From IMG/VR virus record IMGVR_UViG_3300049164_000073, positions 1 to 42,591 of that record: 42,591 nt of DNA, one strand, 5' to 3'. Shown here in pieces: positions 42,490 through 42,591 of this stretch. The notes below the pieces were generated by a model that had not been told where the DNA came from, searched no databases, and was given only the letters and a program-made list of their open reading frames with translations. The DNA is from a virus. Its lineage: Duplodnaviria; Caudoviricetes. Each line of letters opens with the position of its first letter. Within the stretch, counting starts at the first letter, position 1. Made by a program: the position numbers and the translations under genes.

Positions 42490-42591
42490 TCAGTGCTCCT
42501 CGGCGGCGAGTTCGGCGTACCACTGGGCGGCTTGTGCGGCACGGCCCAGGCGGCGGGGGGTGGTGGGGTCGAACGGAACGACGTTCGATGC
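42490..42591 (-). CDS. 3' end of the replication initiator (continued from position 1)
   Basis: In-frame ASNVVPFDPTTPRRLGRAAQAAQWYAELAAEEH, TGA at 42492-42490. Confidence 0.75.
   Translation of the reverse strand, partial: ASNVVPFDPTTPRRLGRAAQAAQWYAELAAEEH

Larger units (their letters stand above)
1..42591. mobile_element. Temperate actinophage (siphovirus) genome, apparently complete and circularly permuted; host probably Streptomyces
   Basis: Terminase, portal, capsid, tail, lysis, serine integrase, repressor/cro and replication modules are all present, with no host housekeeping genes. One ORF continues in frame across the end/start junction. Confidence 0.93.

Noticed and set aside
1-42591. 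tRNA genes, reverse transcriptase/DGR, introns or inteins
   Set aside because: None recognised by eye, and terminase, portal and capsid have normal lengths; a covariance-model scan would be needed to exclude small RNAs.

Overview
The window appears to be one complete, circularly permuted genome of a temperate siphovirus of a high-GC actinomycete, most likely Streptomyces (WhiB, XRE/DUF397 and DUF6221-type genes). The replication-initiator gene reads in frame across the 1/42591 junction, and an attP-like site lies just after the serine integrase. Modules: early/replication genes (minus strand, 1-6715 and 33866-42591), a cro/repressor switch and serine integrase (6476-9490), a host-type XRE/DUF397/ATP-binding-protein cassette (9600-11813), lysis (11882-13939), tail and head genes (14008-29317), terminase (29330-31118) and an accessory block (31158-33857). 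The most striking element is a Cas-less, apparently self-contained non-coding RNA unit at 33623-33857. It has a promoter, a 5' hairpin, four different 29-nt type I-E CRISPR-repeat variants, two spacers (33 and 20 nt) and a terminator. It sits directly upstream of an acr-aca-like operon and near an Acb2/Tad1-like gene. Second is a C5 methyltransferase with a nested alternative-frame ORF carrying four repeated LxTP modules. All family assignments come from reading motifs by eye; no searches were run.
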